From Candidatus Aldehydirespiratoraceae bacterium (GTDB lineage Bacteria; Actinomycetota; Acidimicrobiia; Acidimicrobiales; Aldehydirespiratoraceae), in NCBI GenBank assembly GCA_965249055.1, contig CBDFKX010000002.1:3021800-3085799 (forward strand): a DNA stretch of 64,000 nt, written 5' to 3'. How positions within the stretch are numbered: the stretch's first letter is position 1; every line of letters begins with the position of its first letter. The position numbers were made by a program, and so were the translations under genes. Under the pieces are notes generated by a model, which saw only the letters and a list, made by a program, of their open reading frames with translations, searched no databases and was not told the origin of the DNA. This document shows positions 46,094-54,313 of this stretch, piece by piece.

Positions 46094-46453
46094 GTCCTCG
46101 CGGTAGGAGGGGTTGGAGACGGCGAGTTTGTCGAGGGTGGTCGCCCATAATGCCTCGGCGAGTTCAGCCCTGCGGTCGTCGAGTAGGCCGTTGCGGATCG
46201 CCTCTGTCAGTTCCTGTTCGCTGCTGACACCAAGGCTCCGCAGTCGCTCGGCGTGAGCGGCGCGGTCTTGGGGAGCCGAACGCGCCTCGCGTGCCGCAAT
46301 GGTCAACGCATTCGCAGCGATTCGCAGCATCCAGCGATCGCGCCCTTCGGCGCGGGGACCCAGATCGTCGCTGAGATAGTCGCGCACGCTCTTGAGCAGT
46401 TCCTCGGCATCGGGCAGATCGTGGGGCCAGTCCCTGGGGAGTTCTGTGCTCAT
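46079..46453 (-). CDS. Small helical protein, DUF6285-like
   Basis: 124 aa whose pattern (ELLKSVRDYL...RIAANALTIAAREA) resembles the DUF6285 proteins I recall next to actinobacterial phosphotransferase genes. It overlaps the upstream kinase gene by 4 bp. Confidence 0.5.
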   Translation of the reverse strand: MSTELPRDWPHDLPDAEELLKSVRDYLSDDLGPRAEGRDRWMLRIAANALTIAAREARSAPQDRAAHAERLRSLGVSSEQELTEAIRNGLLDDRRAELAEALWATTLDKLAVSNPSYREDSSVQ

Positions 46454-47442
46454 GTGTTGGCCTTCGCTAGTAGTTCCGGCCTCAATAGGAGCATCACGTC
46501 GTACTCCGTTTCCACGACTCGCCGCCCGATCACAGCCTGTTCCAGGGAGCGTTTTCCGCCCCGACGATGATCGTCAACCATCGCCATGGTGACCACGCCC
46601 CAGCGAAGGCAGGCCAACATCTCCCACCAGCGCAGTTCGTCGAGGGTGACGGCTTCGCCTCCGTTGGCCTGATAGGCGTCGAGCAACTCGCTTCTCGAAC
46701 CGATTCCACCGACCTCCCCCGCACCTCCGAAACGCCAGGCTCGCGCTACCAGCCATCCCAGATCGAAGGCAGGATCACCGAGGTACGCAAGTTCCCAGTC
46801 CAGCACCGCTGCGAGTCCCTCGCTATCGACCAGCACGTTACCCATACGGAAATCGCCATGAACAACGCACGGCTGCCGGGCTTGCGGTCGACGCTCGTCA
46901 AGCCACCGAAAAGCCAGGTCAAAGACCGGGTGCGGATCCTCGAAAGCCTCATACAGCGTTCGTTGAACAGCCAACGGATCGTCGATGGTCGCGATTTGAT
47001 CCACCGAGGTCGTCTCCAGGCGATGTATCGCTGCCAGTTCTCGAGCAAAGTCGGCGACCAAGCCTCGGCGTGCTTTCTCAAACGTGTCGTCGCGCAGAAT
47101 CTTGCGGGGAATCGACTCCCCTTCGATTCGTAGGCTGATCATGAACGGTGCACCGATCGGGTTGGTGTCATCAGTTTCTGACGCCACGATCTCTGGCGCC
47201 GTGACACCACCGCTGCGGGCTCGTCGAAGCAGCGCCGCTTCGTCGAGTCCAGTCCGGAGCCGCGAGGCCGCAGATCGGTGACGCTGCAGAATCAACCGCT
47301 GAGATTCGTTCGTGGACACCGCGGTGAAAGACCACGTCTCGCGGCTGGCACCTGCAGACAAACGCTGTAGGTCGTTGATCTTGACGTCACCGAGTGGACC
47401 GGCAAGCGAGACGGCGAGTGCTTTCGCCAAATCAGCGCTCAT
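46450..47442 (-). CDS. Phosphotransferase (APH-like) family protein
   Basis: 330 aa with motifs VVHGDFRMGNVLV and VLDWELAYLGDPAFDLGW. Confidence 0.8.
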   Translation of the reverse strand: MSADLAKALAVSLAGPLGDVKINDLQRLSAGASRETWSFTAVSTNESQRLILQRHRSAASRLRTGLDEAALLRRARSGGVTAPEIVASETDDTNPIGAPFMISLRIEGESIPRKILRDDTFEKARRGLVADFARELAAIHRLETTSVDQIATIDDPLAVQRTLYEAFEDPHPVFDLAFRWLDERRPQARQPCVVHGDFRMGNVLVDSEGLAAVLDWELAYLGDPAFDLGWLVARAWRFGGAGEVGGIGSRSELLDAYQANGGEAVTLDELRWWEMLACLRWGVVTMAMVDDHRRGGKRSLEQAVIGRRVVETEYDVMLLLRPELLAKANT

Positions 47443-47458
47443 CAGAGCCCCATGCCGG

Positions 47459-48484
47459 TCATCTCATGTCGGTGCCGATGGGACGACCGTCGACGATCTG
47501 ATCGAGGTACTCGCTCATCCCCATGCCGACGCGACCGTTGCACTCGTAGCGGGTCATCGCCTCAGTGATGCGGGTATGGAGTTGTTCTCCATCATCGGTG
47601 GAGCGACGGTTGCGCAAAGGAATCATCGACAACACCCGGCCGGTGATCTTATATTCTTCGTGGTCTGTTGCCGCCCAGCACCGTATAGCGGTGTGGTAGT
47701 CGTCTGAGTCCCACTCGGATTCGATCCTGCAATCTCGAATCAGCGAGTATTCGCCGTCTACCAGCACCATGCCGCTGCGAGCAGGGGTGCCGTCGCGGTC
47801 GACTATGGACAGCATCATGGCGAAGTCGGGGCCGAAGATCATCGGCAACCAGCGGTACCAACGCAGCGCTTGCCAATAGCGGGGCCCCCATGATTTGTCA
47901 CGCAAACCCAAGCCGTCGAGCTCGATCGTCTCTTGGCCCAACTCGACTGTGCCTACAACTGCGGTGTGTTGTTCGTAGTGCGCCTTGGCAAAACTCTTGG
48001 TGGAGTCGGTCTCGAGCGGGCTGCCGTCTTCGTATTGCGGCATACCTCCATACATTGGCGATATGCCGGTCACGTCGAGGCGCACTGAACAGTCGACGAA
48101 GGGGTTGTCGCGAAACGCCACACGAGGGTTCGTCATCTGTTTGGGTTCTTCGAGCAGACACACCTTGCCGTCGTAGTTGATAGTCAAATGCTCAAACGGT
48201 TTTTCGACTTTGATCTCAAGCCCACCAGCACGCATCTCGTCGTTGTTGGTGATTTCAGGTCGCCCGTAAAGGAAACCGACCCGGCCGTCGGGCAGATAGA
48301 TGCAGACTGTCATCTCTGCGTAACCCTCGTTGACCCGGTTACCGATCCTGAACCACGCGCCCAATTCGCGTTCCAGGTCGAAACCGTTGAGATACATCGA
48401 CTCGTTGTAGTTCGAAACCGGATCCGGTTCGTGGGTGTATTCGTCCTCCGGTCTCAAGACGGTGACGATCTTGGTTTCGCTCAT
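47459..48484 (-). CDS. Conserved hypothetical protein (beta-rich, soluble)
   Basis: The start was trimmed to the ATG at 48484 (MSETKIV). Coding-like composition extends throughout and I recognise no catalytic motif. LGLRDKSWGPRYW is the most distinctive segment. Confidence 0.55.
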   Translation of the reverse strand: MSETKIVTVLRPEDEYTHEPDPVSNYNESMYLNGFDLERELGAWFRIGNRVNEGYAEMTVCIYLPDGRVGFLYGRPEITNNDEMRAGGLEIKVEKPFEHLTINYDGKVCLLEEPKQMTNPRVAFRDNPFVDCSVRLDVTGISPMYGGMPQYEDGSPLETDSTKSFAKAHYEQHTAVVGTVELGQETIELDGLGLRDKSWGPRYWQALRWYRWLPMIFGPDFAMMLSIVDRDGTPARSGMVLVDGEYSLIRDCRIESEWDSDDYHTAIRCWAATDHEEYKITGRVLSMIPLRNRRSTDDGEQLHTRITEAMTRYECNGRVGMGMSEYLDQIVDGRPIGTDMR

Positions 48485-48488
48485 CGGT

Positions 48489-49031
48489 TCAGCGCTCCGA
48501 ACTCTGCGCGCCCTTGGAGTTCTGCTCGCCCTTAGAGAAGGCCGCACGCAGATCTTCCAGACCCGCAGGGAGTTCGATTGGCGGGTCTGGCAACTGCTCG
48601 ACGCCGCGATCGGCCAACCAGCGCCGCATGGAGTCCATGTCTTCGCTCCACGAACGAGGGTCGCCCATCATGACTTCGTAGAGCTCGACACCTTCGGGTC
48701 CCGCAACAAACGGGCCGAATGAGGCTCCCAGCGGCAGTTCAATATGGCCACCCGGACCCAGCTCAACATCACCGCAGGTGAACGAACCGGACAGGACAGT
48801 GAGAGTGTGCGGGCTGTAGTGCCCGTGATGCCGCACGATCATGCCCGGATCCCAACGCGCGAACAATGCCAGGTAGAGAGGCTCTACCGAAAAAGCGACC
48901 CATTTCTCCCACACATGAGACTCCGAGCCATCGGCGTTGCGCTGGCTGCGCACCGCGATGAAAGGAATGTCACCATCGTCGATGTTGGTGAAAGTGGGTT
49001 CTAGTCCCGCAATACGCGGTGTATCGCTCAT
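48489..49031 (-). CDS. Cupin-like small protein
   Basis: 180 aa with a His-rich beta-barrel-like core (IVRHHGHYSPHTLTVLSGSF...GGHIELP). The family assignment is tentative. Confidence 0.45.
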   Translation of the reverse strand: MSDTPRIAGLEPTFTNIDDGDIPFIAVRSQRNADGSESHVWEKWVAFSVEPLYLALFARWDPGMIVRHHGHYSPHTLTVLSGSFTCGDVELGPGGHIELPLGASFGPFVAGPEGVELYEVMMGDPRSWSEDMDSMRRWLADRGVEQLPDPPIELPAGLEDLRAAFSKGEQNSKGAQSSER

Positions 49032-49051
49032 CCGCGGTCTACGCCGCGAAC

Positions 49052-49963
49052 CTAGGCGAGTGCTGCTTCGAGCGCTTCTACAGAAGGAGCGAAGTAGAAC
49101 GAACCCGAGGCCGGAGTGGAGTAGTTGGTGATGGCGTCATGTGCCTGGCCATTGATTCCATACATGGCGTCCATGCGCTCACGCATCGGTGCCTGAGTCT
49201 TACAGAAGCCCATGAAATAGAGACCGACGGTGCCCTCGTGGAACGCATAGGGAGTAGACCGGCGAACCATCTCACCCCGCTTCGGGGTTGACTCATCGGC
49301 GGTTGCGCCTTCGCGTAGTTCGACGTGAGACAGATGCGAAGTCGGTACCTGGGCGTCGAGCTTGACTGAGTCGGGCTTGGTGCGCCCGAAGGTGTTCTCT
49401 TCCTCTTCGAGCGAGAGCGTGGCCCAGTAGTCCATGTCGTGCACCCAACGCTGGGCTATGCAGTAGCTGCCACCTTCGCCTGGCTGGCCGTCATCGACAA
49501 TGCCCCGGTCCTGCTGGTCTTCGGGCTCCGGGTTGCCGGTGCCGTCAATGTGGCCTGTGAGATCGAGGCTGTTCTTGTAGATGAACGTCGGGGTTTCGCG
49601 GGCCACTTCGAGGTGACCGGCTACGGCCTTACGGAAGGTGTGCTGCACCTCCCAGATCAGATCCTTGTCGGCGTGATGGAGCCACATGAGGAGCTCTTCT
49701 TGGGTTCCCTTGGCGACGCGGGAACCGTCGGGTGACTCGTAGCCGGGGTATCCCTGGAAATCGTCGGTTTCGATTCCGAGGTCGTCGGCCAGCGTCGGAC
49801 CAAAGAGAACACAAAGGTTGACTCCCTGTGCCGCGGCGTCGGCAAGGCTGTCCTGTATCGCACTCTTGATGAGGCCGAGATCGGCGTTTTCGGTACGACT
49901 CATGTGGACGTACCACTGGTACTTCTGAAGATCCATGAGGATCGCGGGCTGCGAAGTTGCCAT
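49052..49963 (-). CDS. Dye-decolorizing (DyP-type) peroxidase
   Basis: The start was trimmed to the ATG at 49963, with GAGGA 8 nt upstream. DyP motifs are GHIDGTGNPE, FGRTKPDS, HLSHV and RRSTPY....GLYFMGF. Confidence 0.8.
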   Translation of the reverse strand: MATSQPAILMDLQKYQWYVHMSRTENADLGLIKSAIQDSLADAAAQGVNLCVLFGPTLADDLGIETDDFQGYPGYESPDGSRVAKGTQEELLMWLHHADKDLIWEVQHTFRKAVAGHLEVARETPTFIYKNSLDLTGHIDGTGNPEPEDQQDRGIVDDGQPGEGGSYCIAQRWVHDMDYWATLSLEEEENTFGRTKPDSVKLDAQVPTSHLSHVELREGATADESTPKRGEMVRRSTPYAFHEGTVGLYFMGFCKTQAPMRERMDAMYGINGQAHDAITNYSTPASGSFYFAPSVEALEAALA

Positions 49964-50095
49964 TAGATGATTCCTCTGTCGATTGATAGTGAATGACGAT
50001 TCTGAGGCTAGACGATTGATACCCGCACGAGGCAAGGCAAGTACCGGATTTTGCGCATTCTCCGTTTGTAGAGATCCAGGTTCGGTCGCGGAGGT

Positions 50096-50905
50096 CTAGG
50101 TTGCGGGTCCTACGACGCTGAATCCGTCCTCGCTGAAACCGACTTCCACGCCGCGATTGATCGAAACCCAGTCGCGAGCCTCAAGATATGGGCGGAAAGT
50201 GCTGGCGATGACCCGTTCGTCGTCTTTGGTCTTGGGACGCTGGATCTCGTAGAGGTGCGGAAACTCAAGCCAACCGCAAACCGTGTCCCAAAGACGCAGA
50301 GCCGCGTCGTCGAGAGGCGGATCCACCAAGACCGGGCCGAAGATTGTCTGCTCGCTGCCGTCGTCGCCCGCGAAGAACATGGTCGGCACTCCATAGCCCG
50401 ACGCTGCGACAACCTTGTCGTGTTCGGCTTTCACCTCGTCATGAGTGGTCGGGTCGGCGATTGCGGCGTCGACAATCCCGGGATCGAATCCGAGCTGCTC
50501 CAACAGGTGCCGAGCCACATCGGGCTCGTGGGGTTTGTTGCCGTCTTCGTGAAGTGCTTTGCCCGCGGCTGCGTACCAGGCGTCGAGATGGGCCATATCG
50601 ATACGTCGGAGAGCAGCGCCGATACGCATCATCGACCAGCCATAGGACCACTCGCGCTCCCACGGGTGTTTCTTGCCCTCCACTCTGTTGATCTCCTCAA
50701 GGCTGAAGAAACGCCAGTTGACCGTGAGGTCGGTTTGTTCGCGTACGGCTCGTATCCAGCGTGAGGTCTGGTAGGCGTACGGGCACATGACATCGAAGTG
50801 GAAGTCCACGCAAGTCGGTCGATCCATGACGAAACCATATTGCATGTCACCGGCCGGCCCACCGAGACGCCCGAACTTCATTTGCCTCTGTTGCCGTACC
50901 GGCAC
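50096..50905 (-). CDS. DsbA/thioredoxin-fold protein with a monothiol CPYA active-site motif
   Basis: The segment [17 protein letters not shown] is typical of DsbA-like/HCCA-isomerase-like proteins, with the second Cys replaced by Ala. The start is uncertain, with in-frame ATGs also at about 50845 and 50827. Confidence 0.6.
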   Translation of the reverse strand: MPVRQQRQMKFGRLGGPAGDMQYGFVMDRPTCVDFHFDVMCPYAYQTSRWIRAVREQTDLTVNWRFFSLEEINRVEGKKHPWEREWSYGWSMMRIGAALRRIDMAHLDAWYAAAGKALHEDGNKPHEPDVARHLLEQLGFDPGIVDAAIADPTTHDEVKAEHDKVVAASGYGVPTMFFAGDDGSEQTIFGPVLVDPPLDDAALRLWDTVCGWLEFPHLYEIQRPKTKDDERVIASTFRPYLEARDWVSINRGVEVGFSEDGFSVVGPAT

Positions 50906-50938
50906 CGCTTTCGGTTACTGTCCAGCGCCGACCGGTAG

Positions 50939-52351
50939 TCAGGACTTGGGGGTCAGGTCGAACAGCACCCGGGTTCCTCCGGGTAGTTCCGTTCGTTGGC
51001 GAACATCGAAACGCTCGTTGATCTGCGCTTCGATGACCGAAAGCGTGTAGGCGTCATGGGTACCTGCACGCTTGTGGCTCTTGAGTTCCTTCACCTTCTG
51101 GTCTGATTCAGCGGGCACCTCCAGAACCACTTCAGCGTCGAGGTGGAAGAAAAAGTCGAGGATCGCCGCGGTCGGCACATTGTGGGTGAGAGCCAGGTGA
51201 TGGATCACCGCGAGGGCGAGCACCAACTCAGGTTTAGAACGGTCGGTGAGCGGCGGACGTTCGGTACCGCGCCAACCGATCCCAGGGGTCGGGTCCGCGA
51301 AGTTGACTACCAGCGGAATGATGCCTTCGGTGCCGACTTCGCGAAGTGACCGGTACAGGCGGTCTACGACTAGGGCATCGGCATCTAGGGCGAGCACAAC
51401 ATCGGCGTGCTCAACGGCAATCCGGCTGAACATCCCGTCGTTGGCGCCGATGTCCCAGACCTGCGAACGATGGCGTTGCGCCACAACTCCGCGCACGAAA
51501 TCGGCTTTGCTGAGCAGGTCGTTCGATGCGTAATGGCTCCGCTTCGAGTAGTCGGCCCACTCAGAATCAGAACGATTCCAGCTCAAGTTGTCGACAAGCT
51601 TGCGGAGCCGGTCGACCAAACCAACGTAGATCTTCTTGTTGTATCCGGCTCGTTTCAAGTCGTTGACGGTGTCTGCAGATCCTCCGCTGAAACGTCTGTC
51701 GGCCTTGGCGTGCAACCACACATGCGGGATCAGTCCTTTGCTGGAGTGGCGCCGACCCTGCAGCACCCGCCGAGCCTGCTCCGGGGTGATGCCGTCAATC
51801 GCACCACGCATCCATGGCTGGTGTGGGAGGTCCTTGTACGCCGTGAACAGCAACGGATACAGAAACATCTGACAGAACTGCCGGTAACCCCACCAAGGCT
51901 CGCCTTTCCGGTAGGGCTCAAATGAGGCGATGTCGATGAATGTCGGCTTCGCCCCGACGAATTGGACGTTGTATGGCGTGGCGTCCTTGCTGGTCATGTC
52001 TTCGTCGATCGCAGCTCGGACCAACTTGAGGGTGAGACTCGCGGCGTCCTGCAGCATTGAGAACGACCACTCGTGGGCGTACGTGATCACCTCGATAACG
52101 GAATGCTCAAGCACCAATGCCCAGTCAGATCCGTCGGGGGCCACAGCTTCAACCGGCTCGCAGCTGACCACATCTCCGGCCTTGCACGCTCCTCGATAGA
52201 AATTCGTGGCGGTCAACGCGGCGAAGTCCGTTGCCGCGGTCTCGTTGAGACCACGCAGCACGCGGCGGCCGTCACGCCACACACGCGAGTTCGGATCACG
52301 AAACGATCCGCTGTCGTAAACCGACTCCGGGCCGCTACCCGGGATCATCAC
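50939..52351 (-). CDS. Class I SAM-dependent methyltransferase with a large N-terminal domain (NoeA-like)
   Basis: 470 aa. The C-terminal half has SAM-binding motif I (VWDIGANDGMFS) and an acidic post-I residue (ALDAD). The N-terminal half has the YAHEWSF...LKLV...KDATPYNVQF...FIDIASFE pattern I associate with NoeA-type methyltransferases. Confidence 0.6.
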   Translation of the reverse strand: MMIPGSGPESVYDSGSFRDPNSRVWRDGRRVLRGLNETAATDFAALTATNFYRGACKAGDVVSCEPVEAVAPDGSDWALVLEHSVIEVITYAHEWSFSMLQDAASLTLKLVRAAIDEDMTSKDATPYNVQFVGAKPTFIDIASFEPYRKGEPWWGYRQFCQMFLYPLLFTAYKDLPHQPWMRGAIDGITPEQARRVLQGRRHSSKGLIPHVWLHAKADRRFSGGSADTVNDLKRAGYNKKIYVGLVDRLRKLVDNLSWNRSDSEWADYSKRSHYASNDLLSKADFVRGVVAQRHRSQVWDIGANDGMFSRIAVEHADVVLALDADALVVDRLYRSLREVGTEGIIPLVVNFADPTPGIGWRGTERPPLTDRSKPELVLALAVIHHLALTHNVPTAAILDFFFHLDAEVVLEVPAESDQKVKELKSHKRAGTHDAYTLSVIEAQINERFDVRQRTELPGGTRVLFDLTPKS

Positions 52352-52551
52352 TGTGTGATTTCGTCGGTCTCGCCGACTCCTTCAGAGTCGTCTGTTTCTT
52401 CGTAGATCGGGGTTTCATTGGAGGACTTGTTCTTGCCAAACCCCAACTTGGAGAGCACTGCCCTGCCAGCAACCGCAATGCCCGCTCCGCCTGCTGCCAC
52501 TGCGCCGATGATCGCGCTGCCAGATGCCGGGTCCAGATATGCGCTGATCAT
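52348..52551 (-). CDS. Small membrane peptide (67 aa) with an N-terminal YLDPASGS motif
   Basis: GGGGGTGA lies 7 nt upstream of the ATG at 52551. One Gly/Ala-rich TM helix is followed by a basic patch (KLGFGKNK) and an acidic tail. Its stop overlaps the methyltransferase start (GTGATG). Confidence 0.5.
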   Translation of the reverse strand: MISAYLDPASGSAIIGAVAAGGAGIAVAGRAVLSKLGFGKNKSSNETPIYEETDDSEGVGETDEITQ

Positions 52552-52864
52552 CTTTTGTCACCCCCGATTTGGTTTCCGGAACCCTACAGGCGCATCAAAG
52601 CAAGCGCCATCGTGGCCGCATTACCCGCTGTTCGAGCACCAGGCCTCTCCGTGCCGCTTGAGGAGTCGGTGTGCACGGTGACGCACTGAACTCAGTTGAC
52701 TCTCGCCAGCGGGTCCGAAACGCCTGGAGTTATTATTAGATGACATGGGATAAGATGTGAGTCTGCTCGGGGAGGCAAGTCAGAAAAAGACGTAACCCCG
52801 GCCGTTTGCCGAAGCATTGACGGTTCCGGGGCTTTCACGAGCAAGCTTACAGGCGGCGGAGGCA

Positions 52865-53557
52865 ATGTCAAGCATCTACAACCAAACAGTTGCTCAACGC
52901 CTCACGCGAGAGCGACTCAGTTCGTACCTTTCGGAGACCGGCGGAGATCTTCGAGAAGCGCTGGGCCTCTACGACTGGAACATCCGAGCGGGCGCAGCCA
53001 TGCATGAGGACATCGGTCGTTTCGAGGTGGTTTTCCGGAACATCGTCGCGGACACACTCGTCGAACACGGCGAGATCAGTGGCTGGGAAGGCCCCTGGTA
53101 TCAGCAGCACCACCTGTTTCGCGGCAAGCAGCACGAACCGATGAGCCAAGCCATCGCTAGGGCTCGCGATCGGGCCACCCGACATCATCGGCCCGAGGTC
53201 TATGGCAAGGTCATCGCCGAGTTGAACCTCGGGTTCTGGCGATACCTGTGCCATAAGAGATACCTCACCTCGTTGTGGGTCCCAACGATTGGGTCTGCAT
53301 TCCCCCTGCACCCGGAGACCGGGAACCCCTATCAGATCCGACGAGAGGTCGAGAATCGAATGGAGAAGTTCCACTTCACGCGCAACCGCATCGCACATCA
53401 CGAGCCGATTCACCGTCGGGACTTGAACCTTCAACACGAATATTTGTTAGAAACCATCGGTTGGATGTGTGCCGACAGCAGATCTTGGATCAAGGACACG
53501 AGCCGGACCCCAAGCGTCTTGGCCGCACGACCGACGCTGGAGGGGTATCGGAAATGA
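52865..53557 (+). CDS. Abi_2 (AbiD/AbiF-like) family protein with a HEPN Rx4H motif
   Basis: The N-terminal pattern is RLSSYL...ALGLYDWNIRAGAAMHEDIGRFEVVFRNIV and the C-terminal pattern is LNLGFWRYL...TRNRIAHHEPI (Rx4H at 53381-53398). The start is placed at the ATG at 52865, whereas the track uses a TTG at 52817. Confidence 0.7.
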   Translation: MSSIYNQTVAQRLTRERLSSYLSETGGDLREALGLYDWNIRAGAAMHEDIGRFEVVFRNIVADTLVEHGEISGWEGPWYQQHHLFRGKQHEPMSQAIARARDRATRHHRPEVYGKVIAELNLGFWRYLCHKRYLTSLWVPTIGSAFPLHPETGNPYQIRREVENRMEKFHFTRNRIAHHEPIHRRDLNLQHEYLLETIGWMCADSRSWIKDTSRTPSVLAARPTLEGYRK

Positions 53558-53609
53558 TCAATCGAGAGAAGTGGGGTTTGGGATCTGAGTTGGTTGGGTC
53601 GGTGCGCTG

Positions 53610-54263
53610 ATGGCACCGCCGGTTGTTCTGATTCACGGGTTCGCTACTTCGACGGAACGGACCTGGCGCGAACCTGGGTGGTTTGACCTGCTCAAAGATG
53701 CCCGTCGGCGTGCCATCGGCATTGATCTGTTGGGCCACGGTGACGCGCCCAAACCCACCGACCCTGAGGCCTACGACGACCTGGTGACACCCGTGTTGGA
53801 GCGGTTCCCCGACTCGCCGGCCGATGTGATCGGCTACTCGCTCGGAGCCCACACAGCGCTGGGTATCGCCATGTCATATCCAGAACGCGTGAACCGGTTG
53901 GTCCTCGCCGCGATCTGGCGCAACGTCGTCGATTTCGGTGACAGCCGGCCCTTGGAAGGCAACGTGGAGGCCCGATTCGAGTCGTTGATAACCGCTCCGG
54001 GCAACGACTCTGAAGCCCTTCGAGCCTGCCTCGCACGAGAGCGGCGGCCTTTCACTGTTGAACAACTGGGGAAGGTTCAGGCACCTTGTTTGATAGTTAT
54101 CGGAAGTGAGGACTTCGCGGGGCCGCCCGAGCCTCTCGCCGATGCGCTGCCAAACGCCACGGTGAAAGTAATCGCAGGTATCGACCACTTCGGACTGCCC
54201 AAGCAATTCGGTTTCATCGACGCCGCGCTCGAGTTCATCGACGCCGTCCCCCAATGGGATTGA
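53610..54263 (+). CDS. Alpha/beta hydrolase fold protein
   Basis: 217 aa with an oxyanion HGF motif (VVLIHGFA), a nucleophile elbow GYSLGA and a C-terminal His context GIDHFG. Confidence 0.75.
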   Translation: MAPPVVLIHGFATSTERTWREPGWFDLLKDARRRAIGIDLLGHGDAPKPTDPEAYDDLVTPVLERFPDSPADVIGYSLGAHTALGIAMSYPERVNRLVLAAIWRNVVDFGDSRPLEGNVEARFESLITAPGNDSEALRACLARERRPFTVEQLGKVQAPCLIVIGSEDFAGPPEPLADALPNATVKVIAGIDHFGLPKQFGFIDAALEFIDAVPQWD

Positions 54264-54313
54264 TCGCTCACTAACCGGGCCACGGCGCTGTTTTCTGTGC
54301 GGGAATGCTGTGA

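Noticed and set aside
49052-49963. DyP peroxidase as encapsulin cargo
   Set aside because: The protein ends at ...PSVEALEAALA with no Gly/Ser-rich linker or C-terminal targeting peptide, and no encapsulin shell gene is adjacent.
52787-52840. Imperfect inverted repeat (ccccggccgt ... acggttccgggg) upstream of the Abi_2 gene, considered as a tRNA fragment/att site or a terminator
   Set aside because: The stem is interrupted, there is no tRNA-like T-loop or acceptor pairing and no U-tract. It partly overlaps the alternative TTG start, and the evidence is too weak.
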